Translations under genes and position numbers: made by a program
NCBI GenBank assembly: GCA_965216875.1
Contig: OZ244207.1
Coordinates: forward strand, 3,936,001-4,000,000
Source: Rubripirellula sp.
GTDB taxonomy: Bacteria > Planctomycetota > Planctomycetia > Pirellulales > Pirellulaceae
Length of the DNA stretch: 64,000 nucleotides
Direction: 5' to 3'
Notes under the pieces: generated by a model
What the model saw: the letters and a program-made list of their open reading frames with translations, nothing else
What the model was told of the DNA's origin: nothing
Database searches by the model: none
In this document: in pieces, positions 43,233 through 55,045 of the stretch
How the letters are laid out: each line of letters opens with the position of its first letter
How positions within the stretch are numbered: position 1 is the stretch's first letter

Positions 43233-44069
43233 CTATTCTGCTCCCGCTTCTTCTTGGGGGGCCGAGTCGCCGGAAAGGTCAGCTTTCAACTTGTTCAGCA
43301 ACGGGCCGTAGCCATCGTCGCTGGTCCAATAACGAATGAGCGTTGTGACACCGCGACTTGTGATCGTGGCCCCCGAAAGGCCATCAACCGCATGCGGGTT
43401 GTCCGAAGGGGCAGGGCCTTTGAAGACCAATGCCGCTGGCGAGCCCGCTTCATCGAACAGCTTGCGACCTTCCCACTGGGCCTTCCAAAGCGGGTTGTCG
43501 ACTTCGCCGCCAAGACCAGGCGTTTCTTTGTGTTTATAGAAGGTCAAACCCTGGACGGTTTCCATGTCTGCTTTCACTGCCAGGTACCCGTAAAGCGATC
43601 CCCAGAGTCCCTTCCCAAAGACTGGCAAGACGACTTGGCGAATCTCGGTTTCACCGGGCCGAGTGACAAAGAAGACCTTGGCGACCTTGGGGCGATACGG
43701 TTCGCCCGGATCGAATTCGGTGTCCTTGATTTCGACACGCGTCTCAGGCTTTTGCATCGCCTCTAGAGGATCGTACTTCTTGATGTCGAGTTCGGTATTG
43801 AACTCGCCAGTTTCCAGATCAACGAGTTTTTCGGAGATCCAACCGTAAAGCTCTTCGACTTGTTCTTTGGTCAGGTCATCAGCGGGAAGACCATGCTCGC
43901 CGACCGCCAATCCGGTCGCGTCAAGAATGTTCTTCTGCTGGCTGTACTTGATGTTCGCCTCTTGCAGTGGCTGGAGCGAGACGGCCGCGATGCTCACGCC
44001 CAATGAACAGGCGAGGCAAAGGACTGCCGCTGCACCGACGGTGTAGCTATTGGAGTTAAGCTGCGGCAT
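43233..44069 (-). CDS. nqrC: Na+-NQR subunit C
   Basis: [18 protein letters not shown] attachment motif [11 protein letters not shown]. Confidence 0.95.
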   Translation of the reverse strand: MPQLNSNSYTVGAAAVLCLACSLGVSIAAVSLQPLQEANIKYSQQKNILDATGLAVGEHGLPADDLTKEQVEELYGWISEKLVDLETGEFNTELDIKKYDPLEAMQKPETRVEIKDTEFDPGEPYRPKVAKVFFVTRPGETEIRQVVLPVFGKGLWGSLYGYLAVKADMETVQGLTFYKHKETPGLGGEVDNPLWKAQWEGRKLFDEAGSPAALVFKGPAPSDNPHAVDGLSGATITSRGVTTLIRYWTSDDGYGPLLNKLKADLSGDSAPQEEAGAE

Positions 44070-45333
44070 AGCGTAGAGCCCTCCGACGAACGTTTCCTTG
44101 AACCACGAAGTAGTCGATCAACGGTGCGAACACGTTGCCGAACAGGATGGCCAGCATGATCCCCTCGGGGAACGCCGGATTGATCACACGAATCAAAACG
44201 GTCATGAAACCGATCAGGGCCCCGTAGATCCATTTCCCTTTCTCGGTCATCGATGCACTGACCGGGTCGGTCGCCATGAAGACCAAGCCGAAGGCGAGGC
44301 CACCGAGAACAAGGTGCCAATGGGGAAGCACACCAAACATTGGGTTGCTGCCCGTGTTGACGCCCCAAAGCAGCGTCGAGGTGACGGTCACGCCGCCGAT
44401 GACGCCTGCCATGATCTTCCACGAGCCGACGCCCGATGCAATCAAGACAATCGCTCCGACAATGCAGAGCAGGGTACTGGTTTCGCCAAAGCAACCCTGG
44501 ATCGTTCCCAGGAAGGCGTCCATCCATTCAATCTTGCCCGTTTCACCCCAGACGTATTCGATCGTCGAAAGGGATGCGATGGCAGGGTTTGCGATTTCAT
44601 CACTCGGAGCCGCGTTGGCCATTTGGCCAAGGGCCGTCGCGCCACTGAAGCCGTCGACCGCCGTCCAAACTTTGTCACCACTGATCTGGCCAGCGTAAGC
44701 AAAGTAAAGGAAGGCTCGACTGGTCAGTGCCACGTTGAGGAAGTTTCGACCGGTTCCGCCAAACACCTCCTTACCGACGACCACTCCAAAGGTGATCCCT
44801 AAGGCGACCTGCCAAAGTGGAATCGAGGGTGGCAGCGTGAGGGGAAACAGCAGGCCGGTGACAAGAAACCCTTCGTTGATTTCGTGACCGCGAAGGATAC
44901 TGAAGATCGCTTCGACGTGGCCGCCGACAAACATGCAGACGACGTAGATCGGCAAGAAGTGGATCAAGCCAAGCGTAAAGCAATCGGCGATGCTGCTGGA
45001 GTCGTTGGTGAATCCGAGGAAGTGGTGAATGTCGTAGTGCCAGTCACCCGCAGGATCGATCCCAACCGCTTCCATCTGTTCGATGGCGATGTTGGCCTGG
45101 TAACCGGCATTCCACATGCCGAACAAGGTGACGGGAATCAACGACATCACGACGGTGATCATCATCCGCTTGAGGTCGATCGCATCGCGTACGTGCGTTG
45201 AACCCTTGGCGACTTCACCGGGCGTGTACAAGAACGTGTCTAACGCCTCGTACATCGGATACGCCACCTCCAAAGGCCCGCCCTTGGTGAACCAAGGATG
45301 AACTTTGTCAAGGACGTTTCGGAGTGCTTTCAT
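44056..45333 (-). CDS. nqrB: Na+-NQR subunit B
   Basis: [24 protein letters not shown] motif [16 protein letters not shown]. Confidence 0.96.
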   Translation of the reverse strand: MKALRNVLDKVHPWFTKGGPLEVAYPMYEALDTFLYTPGEVAKGSTHVRDAIDLKRMMITVVMSLIPVTLFGMWNAGYQANIAIEQMEAVGIDPAGDWHYDIHHFLGFTNDSSSIADCFTLGLIHFLPIYVVCMFVGGHVEAIFSILRGHEINEGFLVTGLLFPLTLPPSIPLWQVALGITFGVVVGKEVFGGTGRNFLNVALTSRAFLYFAYAGQISGDKVWTAVDGFSGATALGQMANAAPSDEIANPAIASLSTIEYVWGETGKIEWMDAFLGTIQGCFGETSTLLCIVGAIVLIASGVGSWKIMAGVIGGVTVTSTLLWGVNTGSNPMFGVLPHWHLVLGGLAFGLVFMATDPVSASMTEKGKWIYGALIGFMTVLIRVINPAFPEGIMLAILFGNVFAPLIDYFVVQGNVRRRALRYAAA

Positions 45334-45405
45334 GGCAACCAGTTTTCAGTTAGCAGTGTTGGACAGACGCCAATGGCGCGTGGCCAGCCGAAATGAAATG
45401 TGCGT

Positions 45406-46749
45406 TTAACCTTCGCGTTCGATCGTCGTCAGGCTTTCCCTGAGCAGCGACCCGTATTCGTATTTACCTGGGCAAACAAACGTGCAAAGAGCCAAGTCTT
45501 CTTCTTCAAGCTCGAGCACGCCCAGGGCTTGCGCCTCGTCGGTGTCGCGGTAAATCAACGATCGCAACAACTGAGTCGGCAGGATGTCGAGCGGCATCAC
45601 CTTTTCGTAGGTCCCCAGTGGAACCATCGCCCGCTCACTTCCATGAGTCGTGGTGGTGAAGGCGAACTTTTTGTCAGGCATTCCCGCCGATGCGTAAACC
45701 TTGGTGGTCGAGTACTTGTCGAAACCAGGTTTTTGCCAGCCCAGGAACTCACGCTCGTCGCCCTCTTCAAGGACCGAGATTTGCGTGTGGTAGCGGCCCA
45801 GGAATGCGTGCGGTCCCGTCGCTGTGCGACCAAACAGGACGCTACCGGCAACTGGACGAATCTTGACCGACTCGTCGTATTCACCATCAATCAGTTCCGT
45901 AACGTCCGCACCGCTGCGGGTCTGGAGCAATCGCGGCTCTTTCACCACGGGACCCGCTAGAGAAATGATGCGACGTGTATCGAACTCGCCCGTCTGAAAC
46001 AAAGCACCGATCGCACAAACGTCTTGGTATCCGATGTACCAAACCGTCTTGCCAGGACCGACTGGATCGAGGAAGTGGATGTGAGTGCCGACATTACCTG
46101 CCGGATGCGGGCCATCAAACGTTTCAACCTGAACACCCGACACGCCACCATCACTGATCTCCGATTCGCTCGCTTTGCAAAGGAAAACCTTGCCGGAGAG
46201 CTGTGTCAGTGCAATGAGGCCGAGGTTGAATTGGTCCTTGCGATCCGCAATGGCGACCGCAGGATCGGCAGCAAGCGGAGCGGTGTCGATTGCTTGGACG
46301 AAGATCGAACTCGGCTTGGTCCCAGGAGCAGGCACTTTGCCGAAGGGACGGGTTCGTAGCGTTGGCCACAAACCGGACTCGAGCAGTTGCTGCTGAACGC
46401 CTTCGCTACCGAGCGATGCAGGATCTTTTTCTTTCGCGCCGTCAAACACAACCGCGTCGTCACCATCAACGTCGATGACCAGCGATTCAAACTTTCGCTT
46501 TGCACCGCGATTGATCTCGGCGACCGTCCCGGCGGCCGGAGCGGTGTAGAAAACGCCCGGAGTCTTCTTGTCTTCAAAAACGGGTTGACCGCGTTTCACT
46601 TTGTCGCCGACTGATACCAACATCGTTGGCTTCATTCCGACGTAATCGTCTCCCAGAAGGGCCACGCGTTTGACGTGTTTTGCGACTTCGATCCGCTGTT
46701 CGGGGTTACCCAGGATCGGAAGGTCTAACCCTTTTTTGATGGTCGTCAT
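45406..46749 (-). CDS. nqrA: Na+-NQR subunit A
   Basis: [45 protein letters not shown]. Confidence 0.96.
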   Translation of the reverse strand: MTTIKKGLDLPILGNPEQRIEVAKHVKRVALLGDDYVGMKPTMLVSVGDKVKRGQPVFEDKKTPGVFYTAPAAGTVAEINRGAKRKFESLVIDVDGDDAVVFDGAKEKDPASLGSEGVQQQLLESGLWPTLRTRPFGKVPAPGTKPSSIFVQAIDTAPLAADPAVAIADRKDQFNLGLIALTQLSGKVFLCKASESEISDGGVSGVQVETFDGPHPAGNVGTHIHFLDPVGPGKTVWYIGYQDVCAIGALFQTGEFDTRRIISLAGPVVKEPRLLQTRSGADVTELIDGEYDESVKIRPVAGSVLFGRTATGPHAFLGRYHTQISVLEEGDEREFLGWQKPGFDKYSTTKVYASAGMPDKKFAFTTTTHGSERAMVPLGTYEKVMPLDILPTQLLRSLIYRDTDEAQALGVLELEEEDLALCTFVCPGKYEYGSLLRESLTTIEREG

Positions 46750-46836
46750 CGGCTTTGCACACTCGCGACAAACGAAGTTCCAGGAACACTTGGGGCCAGC
46801 CTCTACAGACCGCGACGCGAATTCTTCCGCGAGACC

Positions 46837-46854
46837 TTGTGATTTTTTTCACAA
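46837..46854. promoter_or_regulatory. Palindromic operator TTGTGA-N6-TCACAA (Rex- or CRP/FNR-type) upstream of nqrA
   Basis: TTGTGATTTTTTTCACAA, 88 bp upstream of the nqrA start. Confidence 0.6.
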
Positions 46855-47362
46855 AGTGACTTGTGCTCTAAGCCCGCGATCGAATGGGATGGCGGGCTGG
46901 GAGGAAACCGGCATGGGGAGTGCGGTCGGAATCGTTGCGACGAGGTCCGCTCCGACAGTTGTCAGCTGCATAAAAAACCGTTTTCGCGGCTTCTGGCGCA
47001 ACAACTGCCGACAGATGGCTCTCTTTGATATGCGGGAATATGCCACAGTGATGGCAAACTGGCAACGGCAGAGCACGGTCGCATGCGCAAATTACTGTGC
47101 GAAACTTCTAAGGCGCACTCCCTTGCCACTAAGGTGCCCCGAAGGGTGCGCGATTTGGGCTGTCCAACTATGGTGGTCCGAGGGACATTATTGGGGGTGA
47201 TCCAAACCGCGTATCACCCCGTATTCGACTCAGCTCTGCTCCCTTTTGCAGATCAACGTCCCCGTTCCAGATGACCGCTGTTCAAGATCGAAGCATCGCG
47301 GTCGAATACGTGCGAGACTGGTGCCGAGACTCGCCTACGCTGTTGACCAAGGAAACTTTCCG

Positions 47363-47923
47363 ATGAAGCTACGCAACTTACCACGCTTTCGCATGTTGCT
47401 TTCGTGCCTGACGCTCTGCTGCTGCACACTCTACCTGACTGGGTGCAGCGGATCGTCCGAGTCGTCGACAGCGAGCTCGAGTGACGATGACCATGGGCAC
47501 GATCATGGTGACGACGGGCATTCGCATGGTGATGGGCACAGCCACGATGACGGCCATGACCACGGCAGCCACGGCCACGAAGGACATGACCATCCAGCCC
47601 ACGGTCCCAACGGTGGTCACATGGTTGAACTCTCTGGTGGGTTGCATGCCGAATGGACTCACGATGACCGAGAGAACCTGATTCGCGTTTACGCCGATGA
47701 GGTTAAAGAGGTAGAGAAGGTTGTGATGAAGGTCGCCGTCGAAGGCCAAGACCCAACCGAATACAGCTTTGAACCAGGCGAAGCCGACGGCAAGTCGTTC
47801 TACGAGCTCACCAGCCCGGAACTGCTGACCTCGGTCAAGATGGGCAAATTGGTCGACACTCAATTGGTCATCACCACGAAAGAGGGTGAAGTGAGCGGCC
47901 AAGTCGAACACCACGCTCACTAG
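47363..47923 (+). CDS. His/Asp-rich lipoprotein, putative metal-binding
   Basis: Lipobox LTGC, the tract DDDHGHDHGDDGHSHGDGHSHDDGHDHGSHGHEGHDHPAHGPNGGH and a terminal HHAH. Confidence 0.75.
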   Translation: MKLRNLPRFRMLLSCLTLCCCTLYLTGCSGSSESSTASSSDDDHGHDHGDDGHSHGDGHSHDDGHDHGSHGHEGHDHPAHGPNGGHMVELSGGLHAEWTHDDRENLIRVYADEVKEVEKVVMKVAVEGQDPTEYSFEPGEADGKSFYELTSPELLTSVKMGKLVDTQLVITTKEGEVSGQVEHHAH

Positions 47924-48046
47924 AAGCGACCCTTTCGGACGAGCAAGCACCGGCTTTCTCGCCCCATTTCGAACAACGCACGTGGGCCTGCGAATGGATC
48001 GCAGGCCCACCGCTTTTTTAACTCCCACACAAATTGGTTCTTTCAG

Positions 48047-49855
48047 TTGCGCCGAGACGATATCCGAAACGTTGTCATCATCGCCCACGTCGACCACGGC
48101 AAGACGACACTGGTCGATTGCATGTTGCGTCAAAGCGGTCAGTTCCGCGACGCCGAACTCAAGGGCGAGCGTATCCTCGATTCCAATGACTTGGAACGTG
48201 AGCGTGGCATCACGATCCTTTCCAAGAACATTGCGATCCCCTATCGCGGCGTCAAAATCAACTTGATCGACACGCCGGGGCACGCCGACTTTGGCGGCGA
48301 AGTCGAGCGTGTCGTGAAAATGGCCGATGGATGTTTGGTGCTCGTCGATGCTGCCGAAGGCCCGATGCCACAAACACGGTTTGTGCTGGAAAAGGCGCTC
48401 CAAGCGGGCGTGCGTCCGATTGTTGTCGTCAACAAAGTCGACCGTCCAGATGGTCGGCCCGCCGAGGCACTCGATGAAGCACTTGAGTTACTCGCTGAAC
48501 TCGGCGGCGAAGAACAACTTGATTCAGCCGCATACGTCTTCACCAGCGCCAAAGAAGGCTTCGCGACGACCGACCCCGAGACGCCCACCACGGACATGCG
48601 ACCACTGCTCGACTTGATGGTCGACACGCTGCCCGGTCCCGATGTCGATGCTGACGCGCCACTGCAAATGATGGTCACGACGCTCGACTGGAGTGAGTAC
48701 GTTGGACGTATCGCTGTTGGCCGCATTCAAGCGGGCACCGTCACCGCGGGCCAAACGATCGACCTGCATCAACGCGACGGCGTGACCAAGCAAAAGGTTG
48801 GCGGGCTGTTTGTTTTCGACAACCTCGGGCGCGCAGCAGCCGAATCGGCAAGTGCCGGCGACATCGTTGCCATCGAGGGCTTCAACAACGTCGAGATTGG
48901 AGACACCGTTGGCGAAGTCGATGCCGACAATGCGCTGGAAAGACTCAAGGTTGATGAACCGACCCTCGAAATGGTCTTCAGCGTCAACTCCTCGCCGATG
49001 GTTGGCCGTGAAGGCAAGTACGTCACCACTCGACAACTCAAAGCGCGTCTTGAAAAAGAACTCGAACGCAACGTGGCACTTCGCGTCGAGATGGTTGAAG
49101 GGGCCGAGGCCTACGCTGTGAAAGGGCGTGGCGTCTTGCATTTGGCCGTGCTGATCGAAACGATGCGTCGCGAAGGCTACGAACTGAGCGTTGGCAAGCC
49201 GCGTGTGATCAACAAAACCATCGACGGAAAACAACACGAACCTTTCGAAACATTGCGGGTTGAAGTGCCAAGCGAAGAGATGGGCCCCGTGATGGAACTT
49301 GTCGGTCTGCGCCGCGGTCAACTCGAAGAGATGTCGCAGCGAGGCGACTATGCACTGCTGCGATTTGTGATCCCATCGCGCGGCCTGATCGGCTTGCGCA
49401 CCAAGCTGCTCAATGCAACTCGTGGAACGGCGATCATTCACCATCGTTTTGAGAGCTACCGCCCGATCGAAGGTGATGTGCCCAAACGAACCAACGGCGT
49501 CCTGATCTCGATGGTTTCAGGCAAGGCGATGCCTCACGCTTTGTTTTCGCTTCAAGACCGCAGCGAACTGTTGATCCCCCCCGGAACGGAAGTTTACGAG
49601 GGAATGATCGTTGGCGAAAACGCTCGCGACAACGACATGACGGTCAATCCGTGCCGGGAAAAAAAGCTGACCAACGTTCGTGCGGCTGGCAGTGACGAAA
49701 ACGTGATCTTGAAACCGCCAAGGGACCTTTCACTTGAAGCGGCGTTGGAATACATCGAAGATGATGAGCTTGTCGAAGTCACACCCGAGAGCATTCGCCT
49801 CAGGAAGGTGACCCTTAGCGAGTCGGCCAGGCGTCGTCAGAGCCGTAGCGCTTGA
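48047..49855 (+). CDS. typA: Translational GTPase TypA/BipA
   Basis: [71 protein letters not shown]. Confidence 0.97.
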   Translation: MRRDDIRNVVIIAHVDHGKTTLVDCMLRQSGQFRDAELKGERILDSNDLERERGITILSKNIAIPYRGVKINLIDTPGHADFGGEVERVVKMADGCLVLVDAAEGPMPQTRFVLEKALQAGVRPIVVVNKVDRPDGRPAEALDEALELLAELGGEEQLDSAAYVFTSAKEGFATTDPETPTTDMRPLLDLMVDTLPGPDVDADAPLQMMVTTLDWSEYVGRIAVGRIQAGTVTAGQTIDLHQRDGVTKQKVGGLFVFDNLGRAAAESASAGDIVAIEGFNNVEIGDTVGEVDADNALERLKVDEPTLEMVFSVNSSPMVGREGKYVTTRQLKARLEKELERNVALRVEMVEGAEAYAVKGRGVLHLAVLIETMRREGYELSVGKPRVINKTIDGKQHEPFETLRVEVPSEEMGPVMELVGLRRGQLEEMSQRGDYALLRFVIPSRGLIGLRTKLLNATRGTAIIHHRFESYRPIEGDVPKRTNGVLISMVSGKAMPHALFSLQDRSELLIPPGTEVYEGMIVGENARDNDMTVNPCREKKLTNVRAAGSDENVILKPPRDLSLEAALEYIEDDELVEVTPESIRLRKVTLSESARRRQSRSA

Positions 49856-49870
49856 GCAAACAGGTTGCCA

Positions 49871-50998
49871 ATGTCTGATGCAAACGAGATCAAGAACTTA
49901 CGTCGACGGCTGAACCTGTCGTGGATCTTGATGATCCTGCTCTGCATCGCGTTGCTCATGCCAATGTTCAAGCTTTGGCTGAGCCTTGGTGTTGCTGGAA
50001 CACCAAGGCCGGTCACACCGCGCGGCGAACTTGCCGAGTTCGAAAAAGCAACCGCCGAGATCTTTCGCAATTCGAGCCCGTCGGTGGTTTACATCAACAC
50101 ACGGGCCCGCGTAGCCAATCGATTCAGTCGCCAGGTATTCGAAGTCGAAGCGGGCACGGGCAGCGGCTTTGTCTGGGACGAAGCCGGCCACATCATCACC
50201 AACTACCACGTGATTCAAGAAGCATCGTCAGCCAAAGTGGTCTTTTACGATCAATCGGCCTACGAAGCGACGTTGGTTGGTGCGTCTCCCCAACATGACC
50301 TTGCTGTGTTGCGCATTCGCCCGCGGCAACAAATCTTGCGTCCCGTTTTGATCGGTGAAAGCTCGAGCCTCGTCGTTGGCCAATCGGTCTACGCAATCGG
50401 CAATCCGTTCGGTCTCGACCAAACGCTGACCACGGGCGTGGTGTCTGCCAAGAGCCGCCGCATTGAAACTCCCGCCGGCAAGAACATCGACGGCGCGATT
50501 CAGATCGATGCGGCAATCAATCCGGGCAACTCAGGCGGACCACTGCTCGACAGCGCCGGGCGTTTGATCGGGGTCAACACAGCGATCTATAGTCCTTCAG
50601 GAACGTCGGCGGGCGTTGGCTTTGCGATCCCCGTCGACACGGTCAATCGCGTCGTGCCACAGATCATCGCCAACGGCAAATACGAACCACCTCAACTCGG
50701 TATCTCGGCCAGCGACCAAGTCAGCCGAGCTGTCACCCTGCGCACGGGCATCAAAGGCATCACGATTTTGAATGTGACGCCCGGTGGAGGCGCCGAGCAG
50801 GCTGGGATCCAAAAAGCAACGATGGATCCCGGTGGTTCGCTTGTCCTAGGTGACATCCTGCAAGCGATCGGTGATCGCCAAATCGCCACCGTGAAAGAAC
50901 TCGAAGACGCGCTGGATGAATTCGACGCCGGTGACGCAATCCCTGTCACACTGCATCGCGACGGCGAAGCCGTCGTGGTGAGCGTCACGCTCCGGTGA
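49871..50998 (+). CDS. S1C (HtrA/DegP-like) serine protease with one PDZ domain
   Basis: TM anchor, then GSGF, TNYHV, DLAVL, AINPGNSGGPL and a C-terminal PDZ. Confidence 0.92.
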   Translation: MSDANEIKNLRRRLNLSWILMILLCIALLMPMFKLWLSLGVAGTPRPVTPRGELAEFEKATAEIFRNSSPSVVYINTRARVANRFSRQVFEVEAGTGSGFVWDEAGHIITNYHVIQEASSAKVVFYDQSAYEATLVGASPQHDLAVLRIRPRQQILRPVLIGESSSLVVGQSVYAIGNPFGLDQTLTTGVVSAKSRRIETPAGKNIDGAIQIDAAINPGNSGGPLLDSAGRLIGVNTAIYSPSGTSAGVGFAIPVDTVNRVVPQIIANGKYEPPQLGISASDQVSRAVTLRTGIKGITILNVTPGGGAEQAGIQKATMDPGGSLVLGDILQAIGDRQIATVKELEDALDEFDAGDAIPVTLHRDGEAVVVSVTLR

Positions 50999-51044
50999 AC
51001 TTTGATTCCTGCGGCGGCCCGTTCGCACATTCCGAACTCGAGCG

Positions 51045-51084
51045 TGCCGGATCCGCGTCGCTGTCGCTCCTTGATCAAGCCTAC
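51045..51084. repeat. REP-like element, family D (inverted)
   Basis: TGCCGGATCCGCGTCGCTGTCGCTCCTTGATCAAGCCTAC. Confidence 0.8.
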
Positions 51085-51190
51085 GGGCATTCCTGATGGC
51101 TTCGGTCAACGACGACATTTTGCTGTTAGAATGGTCGTCCCACCGGGCTTTTTTCCTGTGCCCAATTTCCTCGCCACCCACTGCGCCCGT

Positions 51191-52516
51191 ATGAACTTCA
51201 AACACCTGCTCCTCATCCCTTGCCTCGGCCTCAGCCCGCTCGCGCAGGCTGGCGAAAGCTGGAATCAATTTCGCGGCCCAGCCGGCAATGGAATCTCCCA
51301 AGGCACGCCACCCACTTCGTTTAGCGAACAGGACAACGTCCGATGGCGAACCGAACTGCCAGGCAAAGGCTGGTCTTCGCCGGTGATCTCCGATGGTGTT
51401 CTGTGGGCAACGACCGCAATTGAACGCATCCCAACCGACGAAGAACGCATTGCGCTGTTCCAGGAGAAACAGGTCGAGGAAAAGAAATACAAACAACTTC
51501 AGATTGCCAAGTCGATTGACCTCAAGCTGGTCGCCCTCGACTTCAAGACGGGCAGCATCCTGAAGACCATTGACCTGGTGAACTTCCCCCAACCGGACGC
51601 CATTCACGCGTTAAACAGTTACGCGTCGCCGACACCGGTAATCGATGGCGAGAACATTTATTGCCACTTTGGAAACTACGGGACCTTTTGCATCGACCGA
51701 AAGACGTTCGATCTCGTTTGGCAACGTCGCTTGCCGTTGCAACATTCGGTTGGACCTGGCAGCTCGCCGTTCATCTACAAAGACAAGTTAGTGCTGATCC
51801 AAGACGGTCTTGAGCGGCAATACGTCACCGCACTGAACAAGGCAACCGGCGACACGATTTGGGAAGTCGACCGGCCAGAAATGGAAGCTCCCAGCGGCGA
51901 CCAGAAGAAGGCTTACTGCACACCGGTTGCGGTCACAGACGCGAGCGGTCGCGAGCAACTGATTTGCATGGCATCGCAATGGATGGTTTCGTACGCGCCG
52001 GAAACGGGCGACGAACTCTGGCGTTGCTACCACGGCAAAGGCTTTTCGGTCGTGCCGCACCCCGTCGTCGACGATGAGGTCGTTTACTTCTCGACCGGCT
52101 TTGGAAAACCCCAACTTTGGGCCGTCGATTACAACGGCAGCGGTGATGTCACCGACACTCACGTCCAGTGGACCGTCACAAAATCGATCCCCGCAAAACC
52201 TTCGCCTCTGTTGGACAAAGGGCTGATCTACGTGATGGCAGACAACGGCGTCGCCTCCTGTTTGACGGCCACCGATGGCGAAGAGATCTGGAAGAAACGC
52301 ATCGGTGGCGACTATTCGGCGTCCCCGCTACTGGCTGGCGATCACATCTACTTTGCTTCGCAAGACGGAAAGGTCACGGTGATCGAACCGGGCCGAACCG
52401 GAAACGTTGTTGCCGAGAACCAACTTGACGGCCAAATCATGGCCTCGCCTGCGGTCATCGATGACGCGCTGGTGATCCGAACGAACAAGGCAATGTACCG
52501 CATCGAAGGCAAATAG
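51191..52516 (+). CDS. PQQ-binding-like (BamB-like) beta-propeller exported protein
   Basis: Signal peptide, WNQFRGP.GNG, LPGKGWSSPVI, repeated TG..W / SSP motifs, IMASPAV. Confidence 0.85.
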   Translation: MNFKHLLLIPCLGLSPLAQAGESWNQFRGPAGNGISQGTPPTSFSEQDNVRWRTELPGKGWSSPVISDGVLWATTAIERIPTDEERIALFQEKQVEEKKYKQLQIAKSIDLKLVALDFKTGSILKTIDLVNFPQPDAIHALNSYASPTPVIDGENIYCHFGNYGTFCIDRKTFDLVWQRRLPLQHSVGPGSSPFIYKDKLVLIQDGLERQYVTALNKATGDTIWEVDRPEMEAPSGDQKKAYCTPVAVTDASGREQLICMASQWMVSYAPETGDELWRCYHGKGFSVVPHPVVDDEVVYFSTGFGKPQLWAVDYNGSGDVTDTHVQWTVTKSIPAKPSPLLDKGLIYVMADNGVASCLTATDGEEIWKKRIGGDYSASPLLAGDHIYFASQDGKVTVIEPGRTGNVVAENQLDGQIMASPAVIDDALVIRTNKAMYRIEGK

Positions 52517-52554
52517 AATCAATCGGTCGTCGTACGGGAAGTACGTCGTACCAG

Positions 52555-52622
52555 AAGTTCGTAGTACCGGCTTCAGCCGGAATCTTTAGCCCCTCGCCGC
52601 CTAAAGGCGGCACTACGAACTT
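52555..52622. repeat. REP-like element, family G (inverted-ended)
   Basis: AAGTTCGTAGTACCGGCTTCAGCCGGAATC...CCGCCTAAAGGCGGCACTACGAACTT. Confidence 0.75.
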
Positions 52623-52718
52623 CCGCCTAAACACGGGACGACAAACAAGTTCCTGTCGAGCCGCCGGTTCCAAGAACGGCTCCACAGGAACGGACTGTAC
52701 CGCAATGACGACCAGCGT

Positions 52719-54494
52719 CTAACGGACAGGTAGAGTGTCTTCGGGAATCACCAACAATGGCGTCCCCGCTTCATAGATGGCGGTGATTTCGTCGCCGTTA
52801 AGAGCACGGCCGAAGATTGCCAATTCGTCCATCCGTCCATTGAAGTTTCGCGTGAGGAAACCGTCGTAGGGACGAAGGGGCGACCAGTTGCCGATGTCAG
52901 CGTTACCAAAGGTGATCTTCACGTTCTGGTCAGGCTCGGCGCCATTGTCGGCAAGATTCAACTCTTGGGCGTCAAAGATTTCGCCGTTGAGGTAATGGGT
53001 CAGGATGTTTCGGTTTTGGTCGACCACCACGGCAAGGTGTACCCATTGCCCGAGGTCTTCGTAGTTGAATGCCCTGGGCGTCACATAAATGGCTTGCCGA
53101 ACTTCGGGCTCCACTTTCACGCCAATATCCATTTGGCCAGTGGACTTGATTTGCCAGTGGACGTCGCCCTGGTCAAATTTGTCGGTCAACAGGATGGAAC
53201 TGAAGCTTCGATCAAAGCCATCGACGCGCAACCAAACCGCCAACGTCAGATTTTCAAACTCGCCAGGGATGTTCACCCGCACTCGATCGCTTGGACGCTT
53301 GAATTCGAGGGCTCCCTTGCGGTTCCAACGTCCGCGCGTCCATTGACATCCGATGATGGCACCATGAGCACTGTCATCGGCAATGTTGAATAGAGTCCGC
53401 GGGTGCGAGTCATCACGCTGGAAGTCATACAGCACTTTCAAATCGTCGCGCAACCGCAGCTTCGCGATATGCTCGAGCCAAACCTTGTGCCGCTCGATCT
53501 GCTGCACTCGGCGGCGTTCTTGAAGTACGTCGGCAGTTGTGAATCGCTCGGCGTCCGACGGAATCGACTTCCAAACGCCATCCTCTTCGCCAATCACCAA
53601 GCCTTCGCCCGAAGAAATCAATCGCGGCTTGTCTTCGGTGGCGACCGGATGAACCTCGACCTTTCCATCAAACACGTGCAACTCTTGGCGGCCATCTTTG
53701 CCAACGACCAAACCAAAATCGGTACCGATGTCGACGTACCGGGTGTCGGCCGATTCGATTTCGAAACCGGTCACACCCGGCGGAACCGAACAGCGGACGG
53801 AACCCGAATGCAACACCGCGCGATTCGCGGCAAGCAGCTCGAGTTCAGCGGGCCCTTCGACCACAGCCACCACGCCACTTAGAAAGACGATTTCGACAAC
53901 GCCCGAATCAACACCCAGCGTTCCCGGCTTGAGCACATCACCGGTGCGTTTTGACAAAGTCCCCTCGGACCACGTTGGGTTGGCCAGACTCTGCACCACG
54001 GCAATGCCTTGCTGAGTGCGTCGCACCAAACTCGGAATCGCGTTTTGCGACTCGGGCGTCGCGGCAACTGGCAAAGCATCGTTGTCGCCGTTAACCAGCG
54101 GCTGGACAAAAACGTCCAGCGGCCGGGCGGCAGTCCGGATACGGTTTTCGGACGTGAGCACAATCGCGACCGCAATCAACGCGATCACTGTGGAACAGGC
54201 CGCAAGGCCAACGATCATTCGGACTGGAAGCAGGTCAGGTTTTGGGGTGGGCTCGGTCACCGGTACGATGACTGGCGCTGGTGCGGGCTCGGGCTCATCT
54301 TCAAGCAGCAACCCTGAATCGAAACCTTCGTGCAATGATGCGTGGACGCCAACAAGCTTTTGGAATCGTTGCCGGTGCTCGGCACTTTCGGCCAAGGTCG
54401 ACTGTAACTGCGCGAACTCATCCTCCGAGATGATCTCGGCGCAGAGCAGGTCGACCAGGTGGTCAAATTCTTTGAATCTTAAGTTGTCCGTCAT
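52719..54494 (-). CDS. FecR-like anti-sigma factor with a C-terminal LamG/ConA-like domain
   Basis: N-terminal helical anti-sigma segment, a TM, a FecR core (EGPA, VDIGTDFG, HVFDGKVEV) and LamG (WVHLAVV, YLNGE, FNGRMDELAIFGRAL). Directly downstream of the ECF sigma gene. Confidence 0.85.
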   Translation of the reverse strand: MTDNLRFKEFDHLVDLLCAEIISEDEFAQLQSTLAESAEHRQRFQKLVGVHASLHEGFDSGLLLEDEPEPAPAPVIVPVTEPTPKPDLLPVRMIVGLAACSTVIALIAVAIVLTSENRIRTAARPLDVFVQPLVNGDNDALPVAATPESQNAIPSLVRRTQQGIAVVQSLANPTWSEGTLSKRTGDVLKPGTLGVDSGVVEIVFLSGVVAVVEGPAELELLAANRAVLHSGSVRCSVPPGVTGFEIESADTRYVDIGTDFGLVVGKDGRQELHVFDGKVEVHPVATEDKPRLISSGEGLVIGEEDGVWKSIPSDAERFTTADVLQERRRVQQIERHKVWLEHIAKLRLRDDLKVLYDFQRDDSHPRTLFNIADDSAHGAIIGCQWTRGRWNRKGALEFKRPSDRVRVNIPGEFENLTLAVWLRVDGFDRSFSSILLTDKFDQGDVHWQIKSTGQMDIGVKVEPEVRQAIYVTPRAFNYEDLGQWVHLAVVVDQNRNILTHYLNGEIFDAQELNLADNGAEPDQNVKITFGNADIGNWSPLRPYDGFLTRNFNGRMDELAIFGRALNGDEITAIYEAGTPLLVIPEDTLPVR

Positions 54495-54511
54495 GTTCTC
54501 AAAGCTACTCC

Positions 54512-55045
54512 TTAGCCTGCATTTGCGGTTCGAGACTCGATGCAGGTTCGAAGTCGCCTTCGAAGCCGCCCCAATGACTTTGACAAGGCGTTTGCGGTGA
54601 CTCCCAGGTCCGTCGCCATGTTCGTCAGCCGATTTCCGTCGCAATAAGCTAATCGAAGCAGCTTGCGATCGCGATCGGGCAAACGCTGGAGACAGGAGGA
54701 AAGATCCTGGAGCAACTGCTCGCTCGCTTCCTCGCCAATCCCGCAGCCATGCTCATCAGCCAGTTGCAGCAGGACCGACTCGTCAAAAACGAGTCGATCG
54801 CGGGCATACTTGCGGCGATACATCAGCACTTCGTAGCGGGCGATGACCGAAGCCCATGGCAAGAATCCCTCGGGCTCCTTGAGCTCAGTGAATTTCTTCC
54901 AGAGCACAACGCTGACTTCCTGCATGATCTCATCGACGGCGTCGCGTGAGACGACGAGCCCGAAAACGAACGCGCGCAGCTGGCGTTCGTGCCGGGTGTA
55001 GAGACGAATAAAATCGTCAAATCGCTCGTTATGCTCTTCGGTCAT
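54512..55045 (-). CDS. ECF RNA polymerase sigma-70 factor (planctomycete type)
   Basis: Region 2 (DEIMQEVSVVLWKK..F.PWA..IAR) and region 4 (CLQRLPDRDRKLL...LGRLRRRLRTCIE). Confidence 0.92.
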   Translation of the reverse strand: MTEEHNERFDDFIRLYTRHERQLRAFVFGLVVSRDAVDEIMQEVSVVLWKKFTELKEPEGFLPWASVIARYEVLMYRRKYARDRLVFDESVLLQLADEHGCGIGEEASEQLLQDLSSCLQRLPDRDRKLLRLAYCDGNRLTNMATDLGVTANALSKSLGRLRRRLRTCIESRTANAG

